A stretch of DNA of 53,885 nt from a virus. Lineage: Duplodnaviria > Heunggongvirae > Uroviricota > Caudoviricetes. Under the pieces are notes generated by a model. The model ran no database searches and was not told the origin of the DNA. It saw nothing but the letters and a program-made list of their open reading frames with translations. The DNA is taken from IMG/VR virus record IMGVR_UViG_2718218201_000002, positions 64,001-117,885 of that record, one strand, 5' to 3'. Numbering within the stretch: position 1 is the first letter of the stretch; the number at the start of each line of letters is the position of its first letter. The translations under genes and the position numbers were made by a program. Shown in pieces: positions 17,807 to 27,159 of the stretch.

Positions 17807-19192
17807 GTGAATAAGTTTAGTAACAGCTTACCAATGTCAACTCAAGTTTTAAAAACTTTCGAGTCGGAAGAAAACGATTTACGGTTTACTAAAGTAAAGA
17901 TTTGGTTGATGCACTTAGGTGAAAATCTTAATGGCTCTTTCTTTAAACAAGAAGTTGTTGAGAAAGCTATCCCTACTCTAGCTAACACACCAATCATGGG
18001 AAGTATTTCATTAATCGAGAATAGAAAAGACTTTTTAGGACATGAAACAGACTTGGTAATTACTGATGAAGGAAATATTAAGGAAATTAACACTACCGTT
18101 CCTTTTGGTGTAATTCCCGAAGACAATAATGCTCAGTTTGAAACTAGAGTTGGAGACGATATGATTGAACGAGTTTATTTGACAGTCGAGGGAATTCTTT
18201 GGAACAAGTGGGACGATGCTATTGAAATTCTTTATGGTAAGAATGGTGTTACTTCACAATCTATGGAGATTTCAGAAGATTATAAAGCATATTTCGATGG
18301 TCGCATTTTAATATTTGATGAATTTAAGTTTTATGGTGCTTGCTTGTTAGGTTCAGATATTATACCGGCAATGAAGAATAGCACTGTTGAATTGAGATTC
18401 TCTGCAAACACAAAAGATTTTATTAATGAGAAAATGAGTCAATTTGAAGCTATTAAATTCTCATTAAGCGAAGGAGGAAACACATTGTCGAAAAAAGACA
18501 AGATTAAATTTGATGAGTCAGAAGACCAAGATGTGTCGTTAGGTGAAGACACCGAAGAACTTGGAGATGGTTTAGAAGAAGAAGAGGGCCAAGACGACTT
18601 ACATAAAGACACTGAAGAAGATTCAGACAAAGAGAACAGTCACGAAGATGAATCATCTGACGAAGAGGAAGATGAGGAAGACGAGGAACTAAAAGCTGAG
18701 TCAGACTCTAAGTCTGTGAAAGAACAAGTAACAGTTGACGTGCAAGATATTGAAGAAGCAGCTGAAGTACACAAAGAAATTCAGAAAGCACAAGAAGAAT
18801 TACCGAAAGTTACTGATTTGATTAAAGTCTTAGGTAAAGAATACTCAGTTGAAGACATCGCTAATCTTCTTAAAGAATTAAATGAAGTAAAAGAAAAGTA
18901 CTCAGCTTTGGAACAACAAGTTCATCAAGAAAAAGTTACTTCGTTGTTTAATAGTTATTCTAGCAAATTGACAAGTGATGAGTTAGAGGAATTAAAGGCT
19001 AAATCAGATAAGTTAAGCATCACAGAATTAGAAACAGAAATTTTTGCAACTATTGGTAAAAAGTCATTGACGAACGACCAATCAGCTTCAGCATATTCTG
19101 CTGATTCGGCTACACAATTTAACAAAGTTGGAGTTTCTTCTAAAGAAAATAAATTAAGTAAATTCGATGCTATCTTAGAAGAATTAAAATAA
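17807..19192 (+). CDS. Prohead protease/scaffold fusion (YonD-like)
   Basis: N-terminal protease-like domain (HLGENLNGS, QSME, GACLLG...PAM); very acidic, coiled-coil C-terminus; lies between portal and capsid genes. Confidence 0.8.
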   Translation: MNKFSNSLPMSTQVLKTFESEENDLRFTKVKIWLMHLGENLNGSFFKQEVVEKAIPTLANTPIMGSISLIENRKDFLGHETDLVITDEGNIKEINTTVPFGVIPEDNNAQFETRVGDDMIERVYLTVEGILWNKWDDAIEILYGKNGVTSQSMEISEDYKAYFDGRILIFDEFKFYGACLLGSDIIPAMKNSTVELRFSANTKDFINEKMSQFEAIKFSLSEGGNTLSKKDKIKFDESEDQDVSLGEDTEELGDGLEEEEGQDDLHKDTEEDSDKENSHEDESSDEEEDEEDEELKAESDSKSVKEQVTVDVQDIEEAAEVHKEIQKAQEELPKVTDLIKVLGKEYSVEDIANLLKELNEVKEKYSALEQQVHQEKVTSLFNSYSSKLTSDELEELKAKSDKLSITELETEIFATIGKKSLTNDQSASAYSADSATQFNKVGVSSKENKLSKFDAILEELK

Positions 19193-19220
19193 TAAATAAA
19201 TTATCGGAGGAATAATATAA

Positions 19221-19658
19221 ATGGCAAAAATTAACTTAGACCGTGTATTAGGTCACTATGTAGAATCAGTCCTTGCTGACAAAGATTACGAGAACGGGGC
19301 TTTAGTTGGTCTTGGAGATTTAGTTGAAGGTGAAGACCGCTTATACAATGCTGTAACTGCTACTGAAGATAACTACTTTTTAGTAACAACTCCAGAAGTA
19401 GACCCATCTAAGAAGGCATCATCTGATTCTTTAGATTTCGTAAACAAACAAGGAAAAGTAATGCGTGTGCACCGTTTAGAAGCTGGTGATACAGTGACAG
19501 TTGAGCAGAAATTGCATACTGATTCACTACAAGCGAATGAAGCATTGACTATCCAAAATGGTAAGTTTGCTCAAGGTGAAGGTTCGTTCAAATTAGAAGC
19601 AGTGACAACAATTGGTGCTGACCGTCGCCCTGCTTATCGTATTCGAAAAGTAAAATAA
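19221..19658 (+). CDS. Capsid decoration/cement protein
   Basis: 145 aa beta-rich protein between scaffold and major capsid genes. Confidence 0.65.
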   Translation: MAKINLDRVLGHYVESVLADKDYENGALVGLGDLVEGEDRLYNAVTATEDNYFLVTTPEVDPSKKASSDSLDFVNKQGKVMRVHRLEAGDTVTVEQKLHTDSLQANEALTIQNGKFAQGEGSFKLEAVTTIGADRRPAYRIRKVK

Positions 19659-19689
19659 ATTATTGAACATATCGGAGGATTAAAAATAA

Positions 19690-20694
19690 ATGACATTATT
19701 AAATACTGAATTAAAGAAAATGGCGATTGCTGCTTCTAAAGGGCAGTCAACTACAAATTTTTCTAACGCTGACTTATCAGACGCTATTCGTCAAAAGATG
19801 ATTGAGGAGTTTGGAACTGACAAACTAGATATGCGTACATTCCGCAAACATAAAGTTGAATTATTTGAGTTCATCGAAGACACGATTGCTCCAGTAGTAA
19901 ACGACCGTACTGCTGAAGTTTTTGGTCAATTCGCTGAATACAAAAACTTGAGTTTCGGTGATGAGAATAAGTTTATCGTGGAAGATATTGCATTATTCCC
20001 AATCGCAACTATTTCTACTGGTAATGGAAACGTATTACGTAAACGTTTAGATAACGACGAATTAGTAGTAGACATGCAATATATTGGTGCTGGTGTGTAT
20101 GAAGAATTAACACGTTTCTTGGCTGGTCGAGTTGACTGGGCTAAATTAACTGCACGTTTAGCTGAATCATTCGTAAACGACACAGCGCAACGTATCGCTC
20201 AAGCATTATATGGTTCTGTAAGCAAATTAGGCTCTACTTATAAAGCCAATGTTTCTGGTAGCGATGGCACTTTAAAAGAAAAAGTATTAGGTATTGCTGA
20301 CCATGTTGAAGCAGCTAATGGTGAAGCAGTAATCGTTGGTACTAAATCAGCATTACGTAAGTTAAAACCTGAAGATGTATCAGATGCTCAAAAAGGTGAA
20401 AAGAATGTTACGGGATATTTTGGTCACGTTGATGGTTATCAAGCTATTGCACTTCCACAATTCCACAAAGCTGGCACTGATGAATTTGGTATTAAAAACG
20501 ATGTGATTTTTGTATTACCTTCAGCTAACGAAAAATTAATTAAAGTTGTGTTTGATGGTTACTATCATGTGCGTGAAGAAGGCGGCTCTGAAACTTACCG
20601 TACTGACATGCAAGTATCACTTGATGTTATTTCTAGCGTCGGTGTTGCTGTCATTACTGGTGCTAAATATGGTGCAGTAGAAATCACAGGTTAA
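19690..20694 (+). CDS. Major capsid protein
   Basis: 334 aa; strong SD GGAGG; followed by a terminator; position in the head module. Confidence 0.88.
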   Translation: MTLLNTELKKMAIAASKGQSTTNFSNADLSDAIRQKMIEEFGTDKLDMRTFRKHKVELFEFIEDTIAPVVNDRTAEVFGQFAEYKNLSFGDENKFIVEDIALFPIATISTGNGNVLRKRLDNDELVVDMQYIGAGVYEELTRFLAGRVDWAKLTARLAESFVNDTAQRIAQALYGSVSKLGSTYKANVSGSDGTLKEKVLGIADHVEAANGEAVIVGTKSALRKLKPEDVSDAQKGEKNVTGYFGHVDGYQAIALPQFHKAGTDEFGIKNDVIFVLPSANEKLIKVVFDGYYHVREEGGSETYRTDMQVSLDVISSVGVAVITGAKYGAVEITG

Positions 20695-20714
20695 TAATTA
20701 CAGAAACATTAATT

Positions 20715-20746
20715 AAGCTCCCCTACTATCTTAAGGGAGCTTTTCT
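20715..20746 (+). terminator. Rho-independent terminator
   Basis: AAGCTCCC/GGGAGCTT stem plus T-run. Confidence 0.8.
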
Positions 20747-20773
20747 ATTCTTATCAAAGGAGAGCAAACTGAA

Positions 20774-21370
20774 ATGGCAATTAGAAGTAAAAAAGAAGAA
20801 GTTGAGAATGAAACTGTTGAGGAAGTAGCAAATGAAGAAAAGCCAGTAAAGAAAACTGCTGCAAAATCGGCAGCTAAAAAGACTACAACAACTACACGTA
20901 AACGTACAACTAAACCAAAGCTAGACTTGAGTCAAGAGGTATTAGTTATCAATATGTCACAAGCATCGTTTATTTATGAAGCTCGTAAAGGCAACGGTTT
21001 CTTAGAATTAGATGAATATTTGGATTCAGATTATATGACGATTGAAGACTTACAAATCATGAAAAACTCTAACCGTGGTATTTTTGAAAAAGGTTGGTTG
21101 TTTGTTGATGATGAAGAAGCTGTTGAATTTTTAGGAATTAAAAAATATATGGATAAAGTTTTGCTTCCTGAACAGTTAGATGACTTGTTTGAACTAGATA
21201 CTAATGTCTTAAAAGAAGAGTTAGCAAAGTTCTCTTCATCAATTAAAGAAAATATTTATCAAACGATGAAGTTAAAGTATGAAGCTGGAGAACTTACAAA
21301 TGTGCATGTCATTCGTGCTATTGAAGAGTCTTTAAATGTCGACCAATCATTATCAGTATTAAACGGTTAG
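20774..21370 (+). CDS. Head-associated hypothetical protein (YonA-like position)
   Basis: 198 aa with K/T/A-rich N-terminus; SD AAAGGAG. Confidence 0.65.
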   Translation: MAIRSKKEEVENETVEEVANEEKPVKKTAAKSAAKKTTTTTRKRTTKPKLDLSQEVLVINMSQASFIYEARKGNGFLELDEYLDSDYMTIEDLQIMKNSNRGIFEKGWLFVDDEEAVEFLGIKKYMDKVLLPEQLDDLFELDTNVLKEELAKFSSSIKENIYQTMKLKYEAGELTNVHVIRAIEESLNVDQSLSVLNG

Positions 21371-21382
21371 GAGGTTATACTC

Positions 21383-21802
21383 TTGACTGAATTCAATTTA
21401 ATTTATGACAAATTTTTATCCAAAATCACCGATTTCTCTTATGCTCAATTAGATAAAGAAACACTTGAAGAAGACTTAAAAAAGAAGTTGATTCAAGCTC
21501 TCGCTTACTTTACCCAACTAGAAGATAAAAAAGCTGAATATGTAGACAACGTCTTTATCTCTGATTTATCTGTTTTAGAACAAGAAATTTTAGCTAACAT
21601 AATGGTTATTAACCATCTCGACAAGTTCATTGTCTCGGAAGATAATATGAGAATCTTACTGAACTCTAAAGACTATAAACAATATTCACAAGCTACCTTA
21701 CTTAAAGAGTTAAAATCAACAAAGGCTGAATATCAGTCTGATGTTGAAGCTATGAAAAATGCTTACAGTTTTAGAAATAGATTTAGAAAGAAAGATTCAT
21801 AA
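21383..21802 (+). CDS. Head-tail adaptor
   Basis: 139 aa helical protein in the connector position. Confidence 0.65.
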   Translation: MTEFNLIYDKFLSKITDFSYAQLDKETLEEDLKKKLIQALAYFTQLEDKKAEYVDNVFISDLSVLEQEILANIMVINHLDKFIVSEDNMRILLNSKDYKQYSQATLLKELKSTKAEYQSDVEAMKNAYSFRNRFRKKDS

Positions 21803-22470
21803 TGGATTACTTTGAAAGATACAAAAAAGTAAATACATCGTATGGAATTACTTTGAGCCAACATGTTATTGAAGCAAGTAGACAAAGTGCAGCTAGAAGT
21901 TTTTATTCCTCCCCTACCCTTACAGACGTAAAGGTAAATGGTGAAAAAGCTAAATCAGTAGTAAGTATTTATCAAAAAGACTTCTTTGACAGAACTTTCT
22001 TGTTTCCGCCAGACTCTGAACATGCAAAGATTGGCAATTACATTGAGCATAGAAATTATACTTATCTAGTTATGAGGTCGAACGACAACGACATTTATCC
22101 CAACTTGTATGGCAAGTTATGTAACGAAGATTTCAAACTTCCCACTGAGAAAAAGAAAATTAAAGTTAAAGGACATAATGGTGCATTTACTTACAAATAT
22201 GAATACGAATACGAAAGTATTCCTATTGTCGTTGATGTTAAAGGTTATTCTATTTCGGACAATGCTATTTTACCTTTAACCGAAGGAAGAGTAATTATTT
22301 ACATGCGTTATGAGTCTCGATATTTAAATCATGTAACTCTCAATTATGAGTTTGAATTGTTTAATGACACGTATAAGATTACAGACATACAGTTAGATAA
22401 AGTTGTTGGTGATGAAGGATATATCGCTTTGTCGGCACAGAAAGCAGTTGAAAATGAGTATGAGCATTAA
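21802..22470 (+). CDS. Head closure / head-tail joining protein
   Basis: 222 aa beta-rich protein; position. Confidence 0.6.
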   Translation: MDYFERYKKVNTSYGITLSQHVIEASRQSAARSFYSSPTLTDVKVNGEKAKSVVSIYQKDFFDRTFLFPPDSEHAKIGNYIEHRNYTYLVMRSNDNDIYPNLYGKLCNEDFKLPTEKKKIKVKGHNGAFTYKYEYEYESIPIVVDVKGYSISDNAILPLTEGRVIIYMRYESRYLNHVTLNYEFELFNDTYKITDIQLDKVVGDEGYIALSAQKAVENEYEH

Positions 22471-22981
22471 ATACAAAGTTTCTAATAGAGGAGACATAAA
22501 ACAAAAGTTTATTGATGTTATTAAAAATGATGAACACATACTGAGGCTGTTGCATTATAATCCACTTGATTCTAACGGAGACTATGTTGACTTCACAGAT
22601 GAATCACTACCTAACATTTTAGATTTAGATGAAGAAGAATATGATGAAATAGTATATGACCACATTAGAACAACACAAAAAACAGATGATATTGAGGAAT
22701 ATAAAAAGACAGTTCTATTTGTTTATTATGGTAAATCTAAAGCTAAATTTGGCAATCATACATTAGTAGATAGAGAAATCGTTTTTCAAATCTTGTCCCA
22801 TAATGATTATTCATTCGCACATAGAATTGAGGAAATTTGTGATAGATTAGATACTTTGTTTGTAAACAAAAACATAGCAGGTATTGGTAAAACTAGACTT
22901 GCCAACTCTTTTCCTAGAGAAGCACCAAAAGAATATTTAGCTTTTGAGCAAAAATATTTAGTTACGGATAAGGCTAGGTGA
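22454..22981 (+). CDS. Tail terminator/completion protein
   Basis: Position before the tail tube gene. Start at 22454 or 22460 is more likely than 22403. Confidence 0.6.
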   Translation: MSMSIKYKVSNRGDIKQKFIDVIKNDEHILRLLHYNPLDSNGDYVDFTDESLPNILDLDEEEYDEIVYDHIRTTQKTDDIEEYKKTVLFVYYGKSKAKFGNHTLVDREIVFQILSHNDYSFAHRIEEICDRLDTLFVNKNIAGIGKTRLANSFPREAPKEYLAFEQKYLVTDKAR

Positions 22982-22985
22982 TTCA

Positions 22986-23792
22986 ATGTTAGATGCTAAT
23001 GTTATAGCAGACAAAGTAATATTAGGGTTACCTGTTAATACACCTTATGGAGAGTTTAAGCCTTTTTCAATTGAAGAATACATGAAGCGTGTGAGTTCTA
23101 TTTCTATTCTATCTTATGGCAAAAAGAAATTATTAGCTGAGTTAGGCAAAGCGTATCAACTTGCTAACAAAGAAGTAACAGATGAAAAAGTCCATGAGAT
23201 GTTAAAAGAACTGTATGAACTTCCCCTTTTCTATCTTTTGAAAGAATACTTTAGTGAGTATTTGCAGCATTATATTATCATTTTGAGATTCACCTTGTTT
23301 TATAAATTTGATGAGCAAAACGAGACAGATGAAGAAAAAAATTTAACTGAGGTTAGAGACTTTTTATTTGGTTTAACTGATGAAGAGTTCGATGAAATTC
23401 GAAAAATATTAATGACATTAAACAACCAAACTGAAAAGATAGCCTTTTTAAATCCAAAAATTCAACGTGGTCAAGACAAGAAAGAGCTTTACTTTACAGG
23501 TAACACTGATGACTCCCCTAATCTATCCACAATGATTACGACTTGCGTAACATATTCAGGAATTGACTTCAGTGTCATTTCTAAATGGAACGCATTTCAG
23601 TTACAACACGCTTTTCAAAGAATTGCTTACTTAATAAACTATGAAACTACCAGATTGTTTGCAACAGTTGCAACTGACGTTGATATTGAAAACTGGACTA
23701 AAAATATTGATTTACAATATGAAGAAAAGAACACGGATAAACAGTTCAATGAGTTTAAGAAACAGTTATCTGGCATAAGAAATAGTAAGTAA
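22986..23792 (+). CDS. Conserved tail-region hypothetical protein
   Basis: 268 aa ORF in the tail operon. Confidence 0.6.
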   Translation: MLDANVIADKVILGLPVNTPYGEFKPFSIEEYMKRVSSISILSYGKKKLLAELGKAYQLANKEVTDEKVHEMLKELYELPLFYLLKEYFSEYLQHYIIILRFTLFYKFDEQNETDEEKNLTEVRDFLFGLTDEEFDEIRKILMTLNNQTEKIAFLNPKIQRGQDKKELYFTGNTDDSPNLSTMITTCVTYSGIDFSVISKWNAFQLQHAFQRIAYLINYETTRLFATVATDVDIENWTKNIDLQYEEKNTDKQFNEFKKQLSGIRNSK

Positions 23793-23834
23793 TAGAAATA
23801 AATTATTAAACATTATTCAGGAGGAATAAATTAT

Positions 23835-24569
23835 ATGCTTTATATCCAAGACGTTGCGGACGTACTTTTAACTCGTAAGAGTGACAATTTTAAAATCGCT
23901 ACTGGTACGGCTCAATCAACAAGTATTTCACAATCAGTAGATGAAGACCAAATCAAAGGTGGTATTGGGAACCGTACCCTTTACACTATCAAATCGAACA
24001 AAGAATTAGAGATTGAAGTAAAAGACGCTGTATTTAATCCTCAATGGTTAGCTGCCACTCAAGGTGTTAAGGTTATGGACGACCAAACACTTGAAATTGA
24101 AGTAGTAGACACTGTTGAAATTGAAAATGGTGGCAAAATTACACTTAAAGATACGGAGTTTAGTGGTTCTGGAATCTTTGTTGATTCTAAAGGTGACAAC
24201 CACGAAGCGACATTCTCAAGTGGTGTTGCAACAATCAGTGAGATTGAAGACCAAAAAGGTAAAGAAGGTCAAGCGGTATACAAAGAAGAACGTCAAGGTA
24301 AATCTATTTCTATCCGTGCTGACCGATTTGCTGAAAAATACAAAGCTCAACTTAACACAATTATTTATGAAGCAGAAACAGAGTCAATTGTTGAAGACTT
24401 ATTCGTAATTTTCCATAATGTTACACCTTCTGCTGAATTCGAATTAGGACTTGAAGCAGGTGAAGCATTGGCACCAGAAATTAAGTTGGTTGCGTCAGCT
24501 GACCCGAAAACGAAAGAAATCGGTAACTGGTTCATGTCACCACACAAGGACGCTGCTGAAAAAAAGTAA
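23835..24569 (+). CDS. Major tail (tube) protein
   Basis: 244 aa; strong SD AGGAGG; beta-rich; position. Confidence 0.85.
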   Translation: MLYIQDVADVLLTRKSDNFKIATGTAQSTSISQSVDEDQIKGGIGNRTLYTIKSNKELEIEVKDAVFNPQWLAATQGVKVMDDQTLEIEVVDTVEIENGGKITLKDTEFSGSGIFVDSKGDNHEATFSSGVATISEIEDQKGKEGQAVYKEERQGKSISIRADRFAEKYKAQLNTIIYEAETESIVEDLFVIFHNVTPSAEFELGLEAGEALAPEIKLVASADPKTKEIGNWFMSPHKDAAEKK

Positions 24570-24928
24570 GCAAACCGAAGTCTGAGTTAGAAGAAGATAG
24601 CGGTGACTCTGATAGTGAAGACACTGAAGAGGAGTCGCAAGTTGAGGCTTCGGTAGATATTAAAGGTAATACTAAAACTGTTAAAGTAGGACAAAAATAT
24701 AAATTACCAGTAACTGTCACACCTGAAGGACGAGAAAACGAAGTCGAATATGTTTCAAGTCATGAACAATTTGCTACCGTCTCCCCTACTGGAGAAGTAG
24801 AAGGTCGTTCTCAAGGTGTATCTACTGTAACTGCTACTTTAGACAAGTCTACAGACAAGATTACAATTAATGTAGTTGATAATCCTCAGGAAGAAGAGGA
24901 AGAGTTCGGAGATACTGAGACAGTTTAA
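23835..24928 (+). CDS. Extended major tail protein (about 364 aa) with C-terminal Ig-like (Big_2-type) domain via -1 frameshift
   Basis: A AAA AAG at 24560-24566 precedes the stop. The -1 frame is open for 120 codons: acidic linker, then TVKVGQKYKLPVTVTP...ATVSPTGEVEGRSQGVSTVTAT. Confidence 0.75.
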
Positions 24929-24933
24929 TTTTT

Positions 24934-24960
24934 AAGGGGGCGTAATGCTCCCTTTTTATT
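24934..24960 (+). terminator. Rho-independent terminator
   Basis: AAGGGGGC/GCTCCCTT stem plus T-run, located after the -1 frame stop rather than the 0-frame stop. Confidence 0.8.
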
Positions 24961-24996
24961 TTTGAATTAAAAATGGGATAAAAGGAGAATTTTATT

Positions 24997-25563
24997 GTGT
25001 CAAATAAAAATAAGAAAAACAGTGAATTTACCCAAGAAAATGTAATTAATATTACTGACGTAGTTAATCAAGCGTCTAAATATGATGAAATTTCTGATTA
25101 TACGTTAAGTAATGGTGAAACGATGCAGTTCTATCCATATTTCTCTCGAACTAAGATTACAGAGATTATTGAAGAATTTCAAGTGTATACGCAATCAGAA
25201 AATAAGGAAGATAAAAAGATTATGGAGTCAATCACAAGTGGTGAAACTCACATTATCTTATTCTGGTACTTTTTAATGATTAAAAAGTTCACACACTTTG
25301 GCGTCCAAATGGAAAAAGCTAAAAGTTTAAGTGAGTTAGTTAATTACTACAATGCTTTATTAGAAACTGGACTATTAGAAGAAATCGTTAATGACGTCTT
25401 TCTTTTTGGTGAAGTGAAAAAAGTTAATAATATGTTTGCAAACAGTACGGCACTAATGACAAGTACTGTGGAATTCTTGAATACATATGAAGATAAATTA
25501 GAAAACGCACGTAAAAAGTTTAAAGAAAATCTTAAAGAAGGAAACTTTGATGGCAAAGAATAA
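24997..25563 (+). CDS. Tail assembly chaperone-like protein
   Basis: 188 aa after the tail tube gene; SD AAAGGAG. Confidence 0.6.
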   Translation: MSNKNKKNSEFTQENVINITDVVNQASKYDEISDYTLSNGETMQFYPYFSRTKITEIIEEFQVYTQSENKEDKKIMESITSGETHIILFWYFLMIKKFTHFGVQMEKAKSLSELVNYYNALLETGLLEEIVNDVFLFGEVKKVNNMFANSTALMTSTVEFLNTYEDKLENARKKFKENLKEGNFDGKE

Positions 25564-26026
25564 GACAGTCTCAGATTTGTCTCAATTAGAGTCAATGTTT
25601 GCAATTGCTTTAAAGGACACGATTAATAACGAGGTCTTTGATGTTATTAGAGATGAATTAATTATGGAAATGGAACGACGTGTATATGACGTGTATCAGC
25701 CTAAAAGGTATGAGCGACGTGGTAGCTCTGGAGGTTTAAAAGACCCAGATAATTTTGTTATAAGCATGCCATATATTTCAGATAAAAAAATGTCTTTTTT
25801 AATCGAAAATGTTACTAAAGGAAATGGTGAAAATTTAGACGAATTTATCAACGAATTAATCGAAGGTATAGATGGTTTTGCTGGTAACCCTAGCACTGGA
25901 ATGCCAGCTCGTCCTTACACCGAATATGCATACTCTAATTTGATTTCATCTGCAAGCAGAAATGACATGTTGGAAGCTCTTTATAAAGGATTAAGAAAAA
26001 GAGGTTTCAATGTAAGTGTTAAATAG
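25550..26026 (+). CDS. Tail-region protein (HK97 gp10-like pattern)
   Basis: VYDVYQPKRYERR...MPARPY pattern; position. Confidence 0.5.
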   Translation: MAKNKTVSDLSQLESMFAIALKDTINNEVFDVIRDELIMEMERRVYDVYQPKRYERRGSSGGLKDPDNFVISMPYISDKKMSFLIENVTKGNGENLDEFINELIEGIDGFAGNPSTGMPARPYTEYAYSNLISSASRNDMLEALYKGLRKRGFNVSVK

Positions 26027-26041
26027 AAATGAGGAAATGCC

Positions 26042-27067
26042 GTGACAATAAATAAAAACATGTTACGTCAACGTGCTCAAAAGTTACCTGAGGTCACTGA
26101 TGAAATGTGGCAAAAAGTAAATCCCCTAACCCGAGAATTAATTGATGAGTTTTTAAATTCGATTGATGCTTCAAAACAAACTAAAAAACAATATCGTTCA
26201 GCTTTAAAGCAATTCGCATATTTTGTTTATGAAAGTTTGAATGACAAGCCATTATATAAGATTAAAAAACGTGATGGACTAAGGTTTATAAATTACTTAC
26301 GTGAGAATCGTAAAATGTCCTCTTCCGGAATTAATCTTAAAAAATCTGCTATATCTTCGTTTTGCTCTTGGATTGAAATGTATTTAACTGACGATGATGA
26401 ATATGTTAACGAGCACGGAGAACCCCTATTTCAAACCTTTAGAAATTTTATGAAAGGTTTGCCTCCAGTGGTGAAAAATCAAACGTATCAAAAAATAAAA
26501 ATTACACATGAAGAATATTTAAAGATGATGGAAGCTCTTGAAAGTGATGAAAACTATTTAGGTATGGCATGGTTAGCTGTGGCTTTTAATGCTGGGGCAA
26601 GACGTGCTGAAATCATTCAACTTAAATCTGAGATTGTCAACTACCCTTTCAATGAAGAAGGTAGTTACATATTAACGCACAATATCAGAGGTAAAGGCAG
26701 AGGAGAAGATGGAAAAATGCTTCAGTACATGATAAATGATGAAGCGTTGAAGTACATCAAAATATGGCTAGATAAACGTGGTTTTGAACATGAATATATT
26801 TTCGCTTTGAAACGTGGCGATAATATTAGACAAATGAGCGTTAGTTGGGCTGATTATTTTTGCGAAAGTGTGTTGTCTCCAATATTAGGGCGACGCATTA
26901 ATCCACACATATTTAAAGCAAGCTGTATTACTTATCTCTTAGAAGTTAAAGGTGTGGATATTAAACATGTATCAAAACATGTTGCACATCACGAATCAGT
27001 AAATACAACTCAAATTTATGACCTAAGGGATTTTGACGACGAACGTAATAATATTTTTAACAAGTGA
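26042..27067 (+). CDS. Tyrosine recombinase (XerC/D-like) within the tail module (SPbeta YomM-like position)
   Basis: Catalytic motifs GARRAEI, GKG, HIFK (HxxK instead of HxxR), AHHES, TTQIY. Confidence 0.88.
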   Translation: MTINKNMLRQRAQKLPEVTDEMWQKVNPLTRELIDEFLNSIDASKQTKKQYRSALKQFAYFVYESLNDKPLYKIKKRDGLRFINYLRENRKMSSSGINLKKSAISSFCSWIEMYLTDDDEYVNEHGEPLFQTFRNFMKGLPPVVKNQTYQKIKITHEEYLKMMEALESDENYLGMAWLAVAFNAGARRAEIIQLKSEIVNYPFNEEGSYILTHNIRGKGRGEDGKMLQYMINDEALKYIKIWLDKRGFEHEYIFALKRGDNIRQMSVSWADYFCESVLSPILGRRINPHIFKASCITYLLEVKGVDIKHVSKHVAHHESVNTTQIYDLRDFDDERNNIFNK

Positions 27068-27159
27068 TTCTATTACTGAATTCTCTCGAGAATAATGAAT
27101 TGTCGAGAGACTTGAATAATAGAAAAAGTACGGTGAAGAAAACACAAGGAGTGAAAATT

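Noticed and set aside
24997-26026. Lambda G/GT-type frameshift between the chaperone genes
   Set aside because: No clear slippery heptamer at the end of 24997-25563, and the next ORF has its own SD and ATG.
26042-27067. Calling the recombinase the prophage integrase
   Set aside because: It lies in the tail operon with no att-like boundary or host DNA nearby.
27064-27159. N-terminal 32 codons of the tape measure ORF as listed
   Set aside because: TTG 27160 follows a clear AAGGAG SD and is the more likely start.
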